Below are positions 37,501 to 48,975 of a stretch of DNA of 64,000 bases, piece by piece. The stretch is from Tubiluchus corallicola. Its lineage: Eukaryota; Animalia; Priapulida. Made by a program: the position numbers and the translations under genes. A model generated the notes under the pieces. That model saw nothing but the letters and a program-made list of their open reading frames with translations. It did no database searches and was not told the DNA's origin. Within the stretch, counting starts at the first letter, position 1. Each line of letters starts with the position of its first letter. The DNA lies in contig JAQGDQ010000092.1 of NCBI GenBank assembly GCA_030141605.1, positions 595,730-659,729 on the forward strand. The letters run 5' to 3'.

Positions 37501-40500
37501 TTCGACAAGCTAGGTTTCACACAAAATGTCACGTTCCCATAGGACCACAAGATACTGCTGCTCCTAAGAATTCTATGATAAGAACACCCAGTATGCCAAT
37601 AAAAAACACCAGTACGACTCGTTTTCACGTACCAGAAAGTGTGCTTATGTCAAAACCGTTTCTGACTGCAGGAAAGAGCTGTGTATCTGTCTCTCGTGCT
37701 TCCAGCACTAGAGTAAGTTCCACAAAACTTTCTGGCGAGAACAACCCCAATGGAGCAAGCAGAGATACATGCTTAGTGCAGTCACATGAAGCTGCACAAC
37801 AACGACAGCCACATCGAATAATAACTGATGAAAGTAAAAGAAAATATTATCAATGTAACCGCTGCGGAGAAACATACAAATATTTAAGCCACATAACCAA
37901 GCACTTCAAAAAGCACCATCCAGATGGACGGCCTATATATAAATGCCGAATATGTTGCGCCACCTTTGTTCACAAATTCAAACACGACCGTCACATGCAC
38001 AGATATCACGAAGGAGAGAAAGTTGGAAGCAGACCCTACAACTGTGAGACTTGTGGAGCTGGATTTAAACACAAGAATCACTTGACTCGGCACATTCGTA
38101 TTCATACAGGTGAAAAACCCTACAGGTGTTCAATCTGCTCAACAGCATTTGCTTTATCTGGTAATTTAAACTACCACATGCGAATACATCGAGGGCAGAA
38201 GCCATTTCCCTGTGAACTATGCCAGATGAGATTTCGATCATCGTCACATTTAAAACACCACTTGAGAAGTATGCACAAGCATGATGGTAGAAGCCTCCGA
38301 GAAGTGTATGAACAGAGGTTACTCAATGAAACCATAATAATGATTAATCCATTGCAAGGTAATCCAATCGACCAGGATGACGATATGTCGGCTAACATAG
38401 ACAGTTCCTCTATGATCACATGCCGGCTAGCAAAGACAAGCTTCAAACATGGCATAACACATTCCAAGAATCAAGCTAATAAATCAGTAGAGTACCAGGA
38501 AAAACGAGCACTAGATTTGACAGGCTTTAAACAAGAAACAACACATTCCCAACAATGGGAGAGTAAAAGACCAAAAAAACCAGCACTAAACTTGAGCTTC
38601 AAACAAGAAAATAGCTTGAGTAAGCATTCAGAAACAAGAGCTATCGATCTAATAGAAACCAGTTTTCGCAAGAATCTGGAAACAGGAGTAGCAGATCTAG
38701 CCAAAATAAAACAAGAGCCAGATCTCGAAGACAAACGAACATGTTACAATTCTGATTAGCAGAATGTCAAGCGTAAGGAAGAAATATATATAACACATTT
38801 TAAATGTCGTGTGTCATACAGAGAGAGTTACTAAAATGAATTTCTTGAGTGTCTAAGGAAACTCAGCATAGTAATAGTCGTTTTTCAAATGAAAATGTAT
38901 AAAGTGCATTTTAACATATGCATAGTGCAGCATATTCACACATTTATGCCATAATCTAAGACAAAAAATAACCACAGTAAAAGTACATTCAAAATAAATA
39001 TTGGCTGTTGTGTTTATGACTTGATATTATAATTTACAAAATTAAAAGCCGTCAATTTTCTATCCAGTTCTGTTACTTTGTCAGTAAAAAGTTGTGAAAA
39101 GTATGTCACCGTTGCTACTTTCGCTGGTATTAACTTTATTTGTGCTGTTTACAGTTTATGTGCTCAATGCAGTAACCGTCATAAATAAACTGAAATATTA
39201 GATTTCTTGAACTTTTATATTTTCTTGAGCTCCTTCCCATGACAGACATTGATGAGTTTTTTCTAGCAGTCATCTCACTAGGCTCCATAAACTAGAATAT
39301 CTTTTACCCCAGTGATAAAGGAGTAATGCTGAATTAACTAAAATATCTAAACATGAGCAAGACTGTCAAGACAAATGGGATTGCAGATTCCCTAGGTACA
39401 GTGAGCAATTTATTTGGAACTATACAAAGTGTTCTAAGAGCATTTATTTTCGAATTCATTAAATCAGTTACTCCAGCAATGTTTAACGGCACATTCAGAC
39501 TAGCAAGTTTGTTCGCCAAGTAAACTTGCCAAGTAACTCGCCAAGTAAATCACAAACATGTTCAGATTAGAGGGCAAAACTTGCTGTGAGTTGCTCTCTG
39601 ACCCTAAGTGAGATCTGACACTCACTTTCCTATTCCCTGCAAAAAGTGACGAGTAGCCTGCCGAGGCATTCACACAGTAAACCAACTCGCAGCAACTGTC
39701 AGACAGTTTTCAATTTCTTGCCAACAGAAACTCACAAAGCAGGTCATCCTTGAGAGCGTGGCAAGAAAAGAAAATTTGTGGCAGAAAATTCTCTAGTCTG
39801 AATGTGCCGTTACTTACGAAAATGGTTGTGGGCCAAGTTTTTTGAGCAACTATGCATCCTAAAAAAATTCAAGTAGTAATGGAATAATGACTGTGTGACA
39901 ACTTTTAACTTTCTAAGACGTAATAATTTCCTAGTCAATCATTCAATTACTTCACCCATGTATAATTTAGGAAAATGGTTTGTTACTTGAGAATATCTAG
40001 CAGTTACTGGTGAATTTTAAAATAATACTTTAGCTTTAGCTCTACTATTATTTATTTTGAAAGCAAGGTATTCATCTTTGGAGATCTTCTGACATAAAGT
40101 TCTATACCTTCACAGTGTCATGGAGTTCTCGCTTCATTAGACCTCGTGCACGGTCGAGTATATCTTGACATTTCTTATTAGCAAATAAAACATTGATGTT
40201 TTCTGCATATTCCAACAAGGCCCGGTCACTTTCAGTTAAAAACTGCAGCTGTAATAGACTAGTCTGCAACCACATTGTATCACTGATAACTTCATCAAAT
40301 TGCTGAAGGTGATCAGCACGTGTTGGTATTGCCTTAGCCAAGCAATCTTTGATTACGCTCTCACAAAACTCGTCTCTAACTAACGAGCTCAGTTTGTCCA
40401 TTAATGTGGGACTCAAAGAATCCTGAACTACAGTAGTTTGTGTCAAGTTTTCATGCAAAAACTCGAATACGGTTAAAATATCTTGAAAGACTTTTTTGGG

Positions 40501-43132
40501 TTTTGTAGCTGATTTCTGACTTGGAAACACAGTTACAGACTTTCCATCAGAAGTTTGTTTTACTTTTACAGTACACTCATAATTGATTATTTTACGAAAC
40601 ATTTGTTGCATTAGGTGAGTTGCAAATGTTTTCATAGGCCCGTCAAGCCGACCAAGATGATGCATACATTGCACTAGGATGGGAAACGCACATGCCTGCA
40701 CGGCGCTCTTATTGATTATTAACTCACAGCAGCTTGCATCATTGTCCTCCCAAAAATGCCATTGAATAACCTGTAAAAACAGTAAAATATTGGTATCTAA
40801 GACAGTCTAGGCTTTTTTTAATAATGTAAGTAACAGTAAAATTGTCTGCGTTCAAGTTCAAACAATAGTCATAATTTCACGTTTTACACATAAACTCATT
40901 TCAAATAAACAAATTTGTGTTCCATATACACAATATGTGATAAACTAACGTTTATATGTAGCATCACACAAAATTCTGATAAAAACAAAGTATCAGCTAT
41001 CCACAAAAGTCTCTTTAGGGTAAAAGTTTTTGTCACATACATGTAAAATGTATTTTGTGAAGGAAAATATAGCAAACTAAAATGCAGTCAAGTAATCAAA
41101 TCTTCAGGATCTTAACTGTATCTTTCTTCAAAATGGCAATTGCTTTCTTTTTTTCATCCATTATGACATTTTAGTATTTTTATGACATTACAGCAACACC
41201 AGTAACAGCAATAACAATAACATATCATTATGTCACTAATTTCACGACAACGTCAGCACAAAATTCATATATTCTACATGAAAAAGCTACCTTTCCCCAC
41301 AATTCACTAGTATCATATATAAGCTGTTCTTTCTTCAGTATGTGTTCTGTACGTAAAGCTTTCAGTACTTTAATTTCATCCATTCGTTTTTGAGAAGCAA
41401 GCTTGCTTATAAGTAGATTTATCTAAAAACACAAGACTACACTTCAATACAAAATTTAAATGCTGTTGTACAAATGAAATCAGATTGATTGGAAAATCAC
41501 TCAGTAAAGAAACTAAACATGTTACTTTCATACTTAATTGCTTAATTTGTAGCTTGTGCAGATAAAGTATGTTTATCATTACGCAATGTTTCACGAAAAG
41601 CGGGGGTCACTCGCCCCCAAGTTTTCATAAAATATCAATAAAACTTGAAAATTTGGGCCTTTTGATATATTTGTACATACTTATACACCCTTAGACAAAA
41701 TTAGTCAAATTACAATTGATAACGTTTCAATTTTTTTTATTCAAAAAATATGTAAGCCAGTATATAAATGCTGTAAAACAGCAAAGCAAAGTGACAGAAG
41801 ATTTATGAACTACAAAAGATGCTGCTACTTTACTTCGTACTACACTAAATTCTTTTGGAGACGAGCAATTCGCATTAAATAAACCAGCGATAAAATTATT
41901 TTTGAAAGACTTGAAAGATATACCTCTTCCACTGTCTTAGAAGCAGACAAAAAATTGCTATTTTTAACCATTTCGTCTACAGACTGCAGTTTTTCATGAA
42001 TAATGACAAGTTGCTCCAAAATAACCAACATTCCTTTAGATTCTTCATATTCTCTAAGCAAACTGCGAAATTCCGCTGATGATGTTTGTAACTGAGGTAA
42101 AATCTGTAAAGAACAGAATTAACGTGTTTACGCTTGAAATAAGCTAGCATCAATGCATTCAATTTACAACATAAAATGAAGCTCGGGCCTTTCTAACCAA
42201 TGTATATAAAAAGGTAGTAGTTATCTTTGAAAGTCGAGTTTAAGTACTTGGGTACTTCAGTATGGAACTTGGGCATGAACTTGTAGAAACATAAGCAGCC
42301 CATTAACTAAACCATCTCAGTAACCAGTTCCACTCCTACAAATGGCAATTTTGGCTAAAATTAACACAGGTATTAAAATTTTGCACACTCGCAAAGTTAT
42401 ACTATTGATATACCTACCTCACTTTCTATTTTTGTGGCAAGTGATTTCATGTCACAAGTAACAATGTCTACTCTAGTAGCCAGGTCCAGTGTACTGTCAA
42501 GAATTGGCATAAAATCGCCATAATGCTTCTGTAGCGTTTCGCATACTTCAGATTTCACTTGTTGAATTTGCTGCTTTAGTTTCTGTAATTGTGAGCCAAT
42601 GTCGTCCTTATGAAGCTTGCCTGGAAATGTAACAATATTATAGCAAAATTATTTATTCGGCATCTAATAATATATTAATTCATTATTGTGTTTGAGCTCA
42701 ATAAGGTAGCTTATAAATATTGTATCTAAAACAATTAACTTTTGTTAGAACCATTTGCTAAATTTTCAACTATGTAACAATGCCATTATACAACAGCTTT
42801 GCAATTTTTGGATTTATTTGTATAAAATCAGATTTACACTTACATAATTCACTAAGAAAACCCAGTTCAAAATTTTCCAATTTTTAGCTAATTTTAATTA
42901 AGGTTAAGTAAAAATGACAATCTATATCAAGGAAACAATGCGAAACAGTAACTGCAATGTTGAGCCGAAAAAATATAACTTTCCAAAATCTGAATAAGCT
43001 GCAGAAACCTGCAGTTAATGTTAAGATGCATAAATTCTTAAGCAGATTATAGGTGGACCATTAGAACGAGTCCTAAATATTCTTACCAGCAGTGGCCAGC
43101 ACTTCTGTTACAAATGAAGGAGTTGTCATCAT
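28579..43132 (-). CDS. ZW10: Centromere/kinetochore protein ZW10 (RZZ/NRZ subunit), 11 coding exons, 761 aa
   Basis: Minus-strand exons: 43132-43087, 42620-42418, 42103-41924, 41422-41291, 40770-40108, 34979-34819, 34227-34052, 32631-32422, 32058-31921, 30065-29932, 28821-28579 (2286 nt, phases consistent). Motifs: SFVTEVLA at the N-terminus, FANKKCQD, LPTCRIS, QLFYAVRNIF, HHNNCMF, ATFIDLVP, ALEDIS, and the C-terminal RWAEGKGPLA...LIRALFQNTDKRAAVLAKI. Confidence 0.96.
28991..29189. repeat. Two-copy ~80 bp direct repeat in the last ZW10 intron
   Basis: AAGAAAAACA..TGAAGGC.GTGTAGCA.TTTA.GTGAT.CCAGC.GACATCATCTTGTCCAAAGATGTCTGTC.TGAGTT at about 28991-29071 and 29106-29189. Confidence 0.85.
30239..30299. 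repeat. Exact 27-bp direct repeat
   Basis: CTTGTTCAAGCTAATTTGTATCTAACA at 30239-30265 and 30273-30299. Confidence 0.9.
30326..31190. mobile_element. Non-autonomous pogo/Tigger (Tc1-mariner)-type element in ZW10 intron 9
   Basis: TA|CAGTAGGCGC... at the left end and ...GCGCCTACTG|TA at the right end: inverted termini with TA target duplication. Confidence 0.75.
31490..31833. mobile_element. Partial second copy of the 30326-31190 element (right portion only)
   Basis: Aligns with about 30820-31190 (AGGTTAACTGCAG, GACAGATTCAAAG, AGTAAAAGCTCTTT, CTTATTTTAAGTAC, CTGACAGTT, TTTGAATAG) and ends ...CCACTG|TA. Confidence 0.7.
35299..35410. mobile_element. Short MITE (PIF/Harbinger-like, TAA flanks) in ZW10 intron 5
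   Basis: GGCATGCTCAGATGTACAGATTTCCCTCGCAAATT versus the reverse complement of the right end GGCACGTTCAGACGTGGAGACTTCTCTCGCAAGTT. TAA on both sides. Confidence 0.7.
37125..38759 (+). CDS. C2H2 zinc-finger transcription factor (544 aa, uninterrupted ORF) nested antisense in ZW10 intron 5
   Basis: Open 1635-nt frame with an in-frame TAG upstream at 37101. About 8 C2H2-type fingers, one degenerate (e.g. CETCGAGFKHKNHLTRHIRIH-TGEKPY-RCSICSTAFALSGNLNYHMRIH-RGQKPF-PCELC...H), with a canonical TGEKP linker. AATAAA at about 38993 and 39183. Confidence 0.88.
   Translation: MAKTPSCIPCNMVQPHSTNSGLTPSSSAVPTQQETYYAVPTEKAGDKKCTGISVPNETFAQQICKKCGIAFFLQSDLKSHIDNHDKIERQKFSCGLCLTEVENLRSLKMHMQTVLCDVCNIGFTCIRQARFHTKCHVPIGPQDTAAPKNSMIRTPSMPIKNTSTTRFHVPESVLMSKPFLTAGKSCVSVSRASSTRVSSTKLSGENNPNGASRDTCLVQSHEAAQQRQPHRIITDESKRKYYQCNRCGETYKYLSHITKHFKKHHPDGRPIYKCRICCATFVHKFKHDRHMHRYHEGEKVGSRPYNCETCGAGFKHKNHLTRHIRIHTGEKPYRCSICSTAFALSGNLNYHMRIHRGQKPFPCELCQMRFRSSSHLKHHLRSMHKHDGRSLREVYEQRLLNETIIMINPLQGNPIDQDDDMSANIDSSSMITCRLAKTSFKHGITHSKNQANKSVEYQEKRALDLTGFKQETTHSQQWESKRPKKPALNLSFKQENSLSKHSETRAIDLIETSFRKNLETGVADLAKIKQEPDLEDKRTCYNSD
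39484..39812. mobile_element. MITE with perfect 20-bp inverted ends, same family as 35299-35410
   Basis: TAACGGCACATTCAGACTAG (39484-39503) and CTAGTCTGAATGTGCCGTTA (39793-39812), plus internal CCAAGTAA repeats. The outer TAA/TTA may be the target site. Confidence 0.85.
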
Positions 43133-43780
43133 CAAGTGTTTGCTAGCTTAGCTACATCATCATCTGAGCTTTATCTAAAAATGAAGACTATTAAAGTTTA
43201 AGTATTCTGTAAGATTTTAAATTTGTGTAATTATGCAATACATGATATGCTGCATATTGCATTTGTAAAAGAAAAGAGACATTTCATGAAATTTTTAATC
43301 TTCACACAACAAGCAAAACAAATGATAAAATTGAGATGCTCTTATGAAAATTTAATGTTAGTAAGTAACCAGATCTCTAGACAAATTATTTTAATGATTC
43401 CCAGCGCAATAAGAAAATAGAAAGGAATATACTGCAAATATTTCTTGTCATTCTGTATGGTTTGATGAACTTCACCAAATCAGCTTATTGAGTAGCCAGC
43501 TGCAAGGGATCTTGACAACAACAAGATGTGTATCACAAGGACAAAAGCAGAGAGCATATAGATTAACATTTTTCAATTATTAAGATGCATTTTTTTGCAA
43601 TGCACATAATTTTTTCATGATACTTTTATACATTTGATACTGTCTGACTTACGTTTGCATCCTGCTAGGAAGTAAGGTAGGAGATTAGCAGCCAAAAACT
43701 GAAACTGCTCAACTAGTTTTCTCTCCGATTTCTCCTTCTGTATATTGTTTTTGTTGTATATATATATATATATATATATA

Positions 43781-45639
43781 GTTCAAAGTGACCACTTAGT
43801 TATATCATGTAGCATCGAAGCTTCCCGGGAAGTTAAGATTACTAATTATAAGAAATATAACTTTTACAGAGCAGATTATACAGCTATAAGAAACTACTTA
43901 AACTCAATAGACTGGGATGTAATTTTTCAAGATAAAGATTTATTTGCCTGCAACAGCGCATTAGAAGAAACATTGCATATAGTAACAGATCTGTATGCAC
44001 CAGTGCAAAATCAAGGCAATAGTCAAAACCCAAAGTGGTTTAATAATGAAATAAAATCGAAACTCGGGCAGAAGAGAGCTGCTTGGAGAAAGTATCAAAG
44101 AACAGCTTCCCGTGCCAATTATAAACGATACGCTCGAACTAGGAATGATGTTACAACATTAGTTAGATCAGTGAGAAGAAACTTTGAGCAAAAATTGTCA
44201 GAAGAATGTAGTAGTAATCCTAAAGCATTCTGGGCATATGTAAATTCTAACTTAATGAAAAAAGAAAGGGTAAGACCCTTAAAAAGAGAAGATGGTAGTG
44301 TTGCCACTACTGATCAAGAACAGGCTAATGAATTAAAGAATTTTTTCACATCTGCCTATACAAACGAAGATACAAGCTAAATTCCTCAGCTACTACCAGT
44401 AACCGAGTATAAACTTGATGTGAGTAGTATCAGTGAATTAGAACTTGATCGAGTACCCCATCTGAGACTTCTTCAAAAGCTTGAAGCATACGGAATATGT
44501 GGTCACCTGCTAACATGGATTAATAGTTTTCTCTGTGGGAGAAAAGACAATGTGTAGTAGTTAATGGGCAAATGTGACCAGTGGCATACCACAGGGAAGT
44601 GTGCTTGGACCTATTTTATTCACTATTTACATAAATGATCTTCCTGAAGTTTTCAACTGCGGTAAGAGCCTGTTTGCAGATGACACTAAAATATATGGTA
44701 AAGCATGCTGCCTGGATGATTTTGAGGTCATGCAGAATAATATTAATTATGCCGACCAATGGTGTCGCCAATGGCAAATGGAATTTAACACCGAAAAATG
44801 TAAGGCATGGTACTGCAGGTCGTACATCTAAAATGGCACATGGACAAGGTTTTAAAGAAATTATAAGCATCACAGAAGAAAAAGATCTGGGTATTACCAT
44901 CGACAGTATGCTTAATTTTCAAACACATATAAACAACGTTGTCAATAAAGCACATGGAAGACTGACATTGATCAAACGTAGTTTCTCTTACCTTGACGGA
45001 TCTATGGTGACCAAGCTATATAAATCAATGGTTCGTCCTATTTTGGATTATGGTGATGTGATTTGGAGCCCAAATCGTCAAGACATGATAAGGAAAATTG
45101 AAAGTATACAACGTCGAGCTACTAGACTTGTACCTGCCATTTCTCATTTACCATATGTTGCAAGACTTAGGATTCTGGGCCTTACAACTCTGAAGTACAG
45201 ATGCAAAAGACAAGATTTAATCCAAACATTTCGTATTCTTAAACTTAAAGGTATAGAAACCATCAACAGTGAAATATTTTTCCATTGACAGACATATCAT
45301 AGTACCAGAGGTCACTCCTACAAAATCAAGAAGAGAACAGTTCCCAAAACATGGAGTAGAAGAAGATTCACATTGGCAAGGCGAGTAATTAATGAGTGGA
45401 ACACGCTGCCTGACCATGTAGTTCAAGCATCCAATCCTGTTTAAATATTGGAAAAACAATGCTGAAAAATATATAGACCCCAGGTTGCCACAATGGCAAC
45501 AAGAAACCCTGTGCTACACTTCATGATCGCAGTGTGGCCACCTATTATGTTATTTTTTATATTGATAAAGTAAACAAGGAAGAGTGCAGAGGTCCATAAG
45601 CTATTTATGCTTAACCGCTATCCTTCGACGGTAACGGTA
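43781..45639 (+). mobile_element. 5'-truncated, internally deleted CR1-clade LINE
   Basis: ORF2 pieces: SDH end of the endonuclease, KAFWAYVN, GIPQGSVLGPILFTIYINDLP, LFADDTKIY, WQMEFNTEKCK, EKDLGITID, VRPILDYGDVIWSP, ESIQRRATRLV, TRGHSYKI, RVINEWNTLP. Stops, frameshifts and a large deletion near 44440. The 3' end is (ACGGTA)2 and both ends abut (TA)n tracts. Confidence 0.88.
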
Positions 45640-45928
45640 TATATATATATATATATATACATATATACAATACATTTTATGCAATATGGTTTCGAGAAAA
45701 CAAATTAAGCCTAAGACAATCTTACATGTTTCGGATAAAGTTGCAATAAAACCGTACATTATCTGAATTGGCGCAGAAATTGAACTTTACCTCGTACCGC
45801 AAGACAAGAGATCTTTAATTTTTAAGTCGATGATGGTTTACTTTATAAATTCTACCTTATGGATTTTATTTTACGTTCACTTTCTTTTACAGTCTGCTTT
45901 AATATATTTGGCCATGTACACTACTACT

Positions 45929-48900
45929 TGGTGGAGTCGGCTTGCTTATAAGGAAAGACAAACCTTATACAGTGAGAAAAGACCTATGCCACATCAATGA
46001 TCCAGACATAGAATCACTTTTCATTGAATTACGCAGCAAGAATAAAAATACAATATTGGGAGTAATATATAGACCACTTGTGAAAATCCTAACCATTTTA
46101 CAGACAAAATACAGAACACTATGGCAATTGTTAATAGACAAAACAAACATATTTTCTTACTAGGAGACTATAATATAAATTTAATAAACCACGCTTCTCA
46201 CAACGAAACGGGACACTTTTTAGACACAATGCTGACCAATTATCTGTTTCCTACTGTTACAAGACCAACAAGAATTACGCCTTATTCAGCAACACTAATT
46301 GATAATATATTTACTAATGCACTAGATTACAAGTATAAATCAGGTATTTTTCTAACAGATATAACAGATCACCTCCCAATTTTTTTAATTATTGATCTCA
46401 AAATTGAAACATACAGTAAGGAATACGTGCGCAAACATATTTATAATGTTCATATAAAAAACAAAATTATCCAAGATTTAAATCAATGTGACTTGTCAGA
46501 TTTATATTCTGCAACTAATACCGAAGACGCATACAATTTATTTCATACTAAGCTTTCTGATATCTATAACAAACATATTAAACTACAGAAAAGCAATAAC
46601 AATCATCAAGCAGCAAAAAAACCTTGGATCACTACAGCAATTTTAGTAAGTGTTAAGCGGAAAAATAAAATGTATCGTTCTCTGGTGAACAAGACAAATA
46701 ATGACGTATCTGAAGTAGAATACAAACGATATAGAAATGAACTTAATACAGTTATAAAAGCATCAAAATGTCAGTATTATAGGGATAGATTGATGACAGT
46801 TAAAGATAACATAAAAAAGACATGGGATACAATGAAAGAAATTATGCATAAAGAAGAACAAAATCGACCCATTACGTTGTTCATAAACAATAAATTAATT
46901 AAAACTAATGTAGAGGTGGCAAATGTTTTAACGATTACTTTGCCAATATTGGACCAATATTATCAGAACAAATTGAAAACACAAACATAAATCCATGTAC
47001 ATATCTTAAGGGTACCTACCGACAAAGCTTTTTTATTAGTGCAGTAACAGAAAATGATATAATAAATACTTGTAAATCGTTTAATCGGAATAAAGGTCCT
47101 GGTAAGGACAAAATGTTACCTAAGGTCGTAATAGACACCATTGACTACATCTCTAAACATTTGCAATATTTAATTAATTTATGTTTTCTTACAGGTGAAA
47201 TACCAACGAAATTGAAAGAATCAATTATTGTTCCTTTGTTTAAATCAGATGATCCCATGTCTCTGAACAATTATAGACCAGTGTCCTTATTGCCTTTTAT
47301 ATCAAAAATATTAGAAAAAGTTTTTTACAATCAGTTATCTCATTATTTAATAAAAAAAAGAATTCTGAGTAATAAACAATTTGGTTTCAGAAAAGGTAGC
47401 TCCACTGAAATGGCCTTAACAAAAATTATAGAAAATATCATTAATACTGTTGAAAAAAATGGCACATCCTACAGAGTATTTTGCGACCTATCAAAAGCAT
47501 TTGATACAGTAAACCATGACATTCTGCTAAATAAGTTGTACTATTACGGTATCAGAGGTTTGCCTCATATGTGGCTAAAGAATTATTTAACAGGGCGCAC
47601 TCAGACAGTAAAATACAATAAAGCTTTTCCAGATGTAGCACCAATCAAATGTGGCGTGCCCCAAGGCTCAGTCCTTGGGCCACTACTTTTTCTAATTTAT
47701 ATTAATGACATCAAATTTTGTGTTAAAAATCACAATTTATTTCAGTTTGCTGATGATACAAGCATTTTTTTTAGCTTTCATAAAATAGAAACCAATATTG
47801 ACTACATAAATACAGTTCTACATGATCTAGCTATATGGTTCAAAACAAATAAACTTTCACTAAATTCATCAAAAACAAAATACATTCTGTTTAGATCCCG
47901 AAATAAACCAATTCAGGCAAACCACGATTTAATAATAGACCACAAAAGAATTACACGTGTAAAAGAACTGAAATTTCTGGGATTAATACTGAATGAGCAT
48001 CTAGACTGGTGACCACATATATTCATGATCAGATTAAAAATATCAAAAAATATAGGTATCATCTCATATATTAAAAACTTTCTGAACACCGAACATCTTC
48101 TAACATTATACAACAGTTTAATATTATCATATTTAAATTACTGCACAACATTATGGGGCTTTACTTATACTACAAATTTATAATGCTTAAGAGTTTTACA
48201 ACGAAAATTTTTACGTGTCATCTTCAAACTAGACAAAAGGAGCACAATTACTACTACACATTTTAAGCAATGTCAAATATTACTTCTGGATGATGTTATT
48301 AATTTTAATGGATGTATATACATGTATAGAACCAACAACAACTTATTTCCAACTTTTTTTGAAAATCCAGTCAAGATAAATGTAAAAAAATACAATACCA
48401 GACATAATGAATATATACCAAGACGTTGTAGAACAAATATGGGGAAACACTTCATTAGCTATATGGGGCCAGTCCTATGGAACAGACTAAGCCGCAATTC
48501 GAAATGTAGTCACTCCCTTTTAACTTTTAAAAAACCGTCAGAAAAGAAATATTTCAAAAGTATTAAGAGTAACACAATTTGATAATGGTAATAACCTGCA
48601 TTTTTTCCTACAGTAATCTTAATATAACGTGACTATGTTTAACAGGATACTGAACACTTTGTAACCATGATCACAGTTTTCCTTAGTTCTCCCTCCATTT
48701 CATCTTTCATTCACTACTCCCCCCCCATTTTTTTAAGTTTTCCACATACAGTTTGGCCTGTCAAGCTATGCTTTTAGGCTCAAACTGTATGCATCAAAAA
48801 ATTATTCTGTAATGAAATTTGCACATGTATATGCCGCATTCTGTAATTTCTTGATAATACTGCATTTATTCATATTTATATTTATATTTACTCAAATGGA

Positions 48901-48975
48901 AAATTATCTGTATTTTAATGCTAATTGTAAGATGCAATGTGGAAAATGAATAAACTCTTGAAACTCTTGAAACTT
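45929..48975 (+). mobile_element. 5'-truncated L2-group (L2/Crack/Daphne-like) LINE with a nearly full-length but disrupted ORF2
   Basis: APE endonuclease motifs GGVGLLI, GVIYRP, LLGDYNINL, PTRIT...TLIDNIFTN, TDHLPIF. RT motifs YRPVSLLPFISKILEK, QFGFRKG, DLSKAFDTVNH, GVPQGSVLGPLLFLIYIND, FADDT. Frameshifts near 46080 and 46930, stops at 48010 and 48181. The 3' UTR ends AATAAA-CTCTTG-AAACTCTTG-AAACT (short tandem tail). Clade assignment is approximate. Confidence 0.88.

Noticed and set aside
37410-38734. Several minus-strand ORFs overlapping the ZF gene
   Set aside because: Antisense shadows with no motifs. The ZW10 frame joins cleanly from 40108 to 34979 without them.
41423-41923. Possible U12-type intron in ZW10 (donor GTATATCTTT)
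   Set aside because: It does not match RTATCCTT and there is no CCTTAAC branch site near the acceptor. All reconstructed introns look like ordinary U2 GT-AG.
43745-48582. A single composite or novel reverse-transcriptase system
   Set aside because: These are two independent, ordinary non-LTR retrotransposon copies, each with its own 3' tail and separated by unique sequence. Both are inactivated.
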